From Candidatus Multivoradales bacterium (lineage in GTDB: Bacteria; Acidobacteriota; Thermoanaerobaculia; Multivoradales; J023): 64,000 nt of DNA. The position numbers were made by a program, and so were the translations under genes. Shown piece by piece: positions 63,420-64,000 of the stretch; the first letter of the stretch is position 1; every line of letters starts with the position of its first letter. The notes beneath the pieces are model-generated. The model did no database searches. It was not told the origin of the DNA and worked only from the letters and a program-made list of their open reading frames with translations. The stretch covers positions 1,664,001 through 1,728,000 of the forward strand of contig CBDFLE010000006.1 of the NCBI GenBank assembly GCA_965248925.1, given 5' to 3'.

Positions 63420-64000
63420 TCACTCACTCTGAACCGCGAGCCCATGGCGGTCGATCCGCCGTCGCAGAGCATCGCGGGAGATGCCCAACAAGCGTGCCGC
63501 GGCCACCAACTTACCGCTACTGCTGGCCAGCGCCCGCTCGATGGCGTGGCGCTCGATGCCAGCTAGATTGAAGTCGCCGCGTTGATTCTCCGCCTGCTGC
63601 TGCGCGCTCTGCTGGCGCGGACTGCTGCTCAGCAAATAGGGAGGTGCCCCCGAAATGGTCGGCGATAGAAGAGAGGAGTCAAGCGGCTGAGATTCATGGC
63701 AAGCGTAGACCAACCGCCTGATCTCGTGCTCGAGTTCGCGCACGTTGCCCGGCCAGTCGTAGTCCATCAGCTTGCGCAGCAGTTTGACCGTGACCCCGCG
63801 AATCGGCTTGCCGATTTCGCCGGCGAAGCGCCGAATAAAGTGCTCCACCAACACCGGCACATCGTCGCGGCGCTCCCGCAATGGCGGTACGCACAGGGTG
63901 AAACCCGCCAGGCGATAGTAGAGGTCGGTGCGGAAGGTACCCTCCGCGGTCCGAGCTTGGAGCTTGGTGTTGGTGCAGGAGACCAGGCGAACGTCGGTCT
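63420..64000 (-). CDS. Sigma-54-dependent enhancer-binding protein, Fis-HTH (3' part)
   Basis: DVRLVSCTN, FRTDLYYRL, PPLRERRDDV, YDWPGNVRELE, AARLLGISR. Confidence 0.92.
   Translation of the reverse strand, partial: TDVRLVSCTNTKLQARTAEGTFRTDLYYRLAGFTLCVPPLRERRDDVPVLVEHFIRRFAGEIGKPIRGVTVKLLRKLMDYDWPGNVRELEHEIRRLVYACHESQPLDSSLLSPTISGAPPYLLSSSPRQQSAQQQAENQRGDFNLAGIERHAIERALASSSGKLVAAARLLGISRDALRRRIDRHGLAVQSE

Overview
GC-rich bacterial window. The ADOP-type permease, sulfatase-like lipoproteins, tricorn protease and PKD proteins suggest an Acidobacteriota-like host, but this is inference only. Housekeeping blocks are sucA-sucB-lpdA, an acyl-CoA oxidase, metY-metX-aspartokinase, a carbamoyltransferase/SxtJ/SxtK-like trio, nucleoside salvage genes, srkA, a penicillin acylase and tricorn. 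These are interleaved with a Trypco2-trypsin-MoxR-vWA conflict system and four toxin-antitoxin pairs; three of the four toxins carry a single in-frame stop. Main highlights: (1) A ~14.4 kb island (33254-47640) lies between ~1.4 kb direct repeats of a sulfatase 3' end and carries two IS3-family copies. It encodes an apparent full-length orthologue of the oxetanocin/albucidin ring-contracting B12-radical SAM enzyme (OxsB/AlsB), plus a second radical SAM enzyme, a NUDIX hydrolase, an HxHxQ HIT-type nucleotidyl phosphorylase, an S-HxxxE (LnaB-like) protein, a MATE exporter and an ABC permease: a candidate new oxetane-nucleoside/nucleotide pathway. (2) An unannotated 57-aa leader peptide with a MWMGMCSCACM cluster and mutually exclusive terminator/antiterminator helices precedes the met operon: a candidate Met/Cys ribosome-stalling attenuator. 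(3) The 2-oxoglutarate dehydrogenase E1 has a cyclic-nucleotide-binding domain inserted near its N-terminus. (4) A complete sigma-54 regulatory layout lies upstream of two paralogous secreted PKD proteins. All family calls come from motif recognition by eye; no database searches were run.
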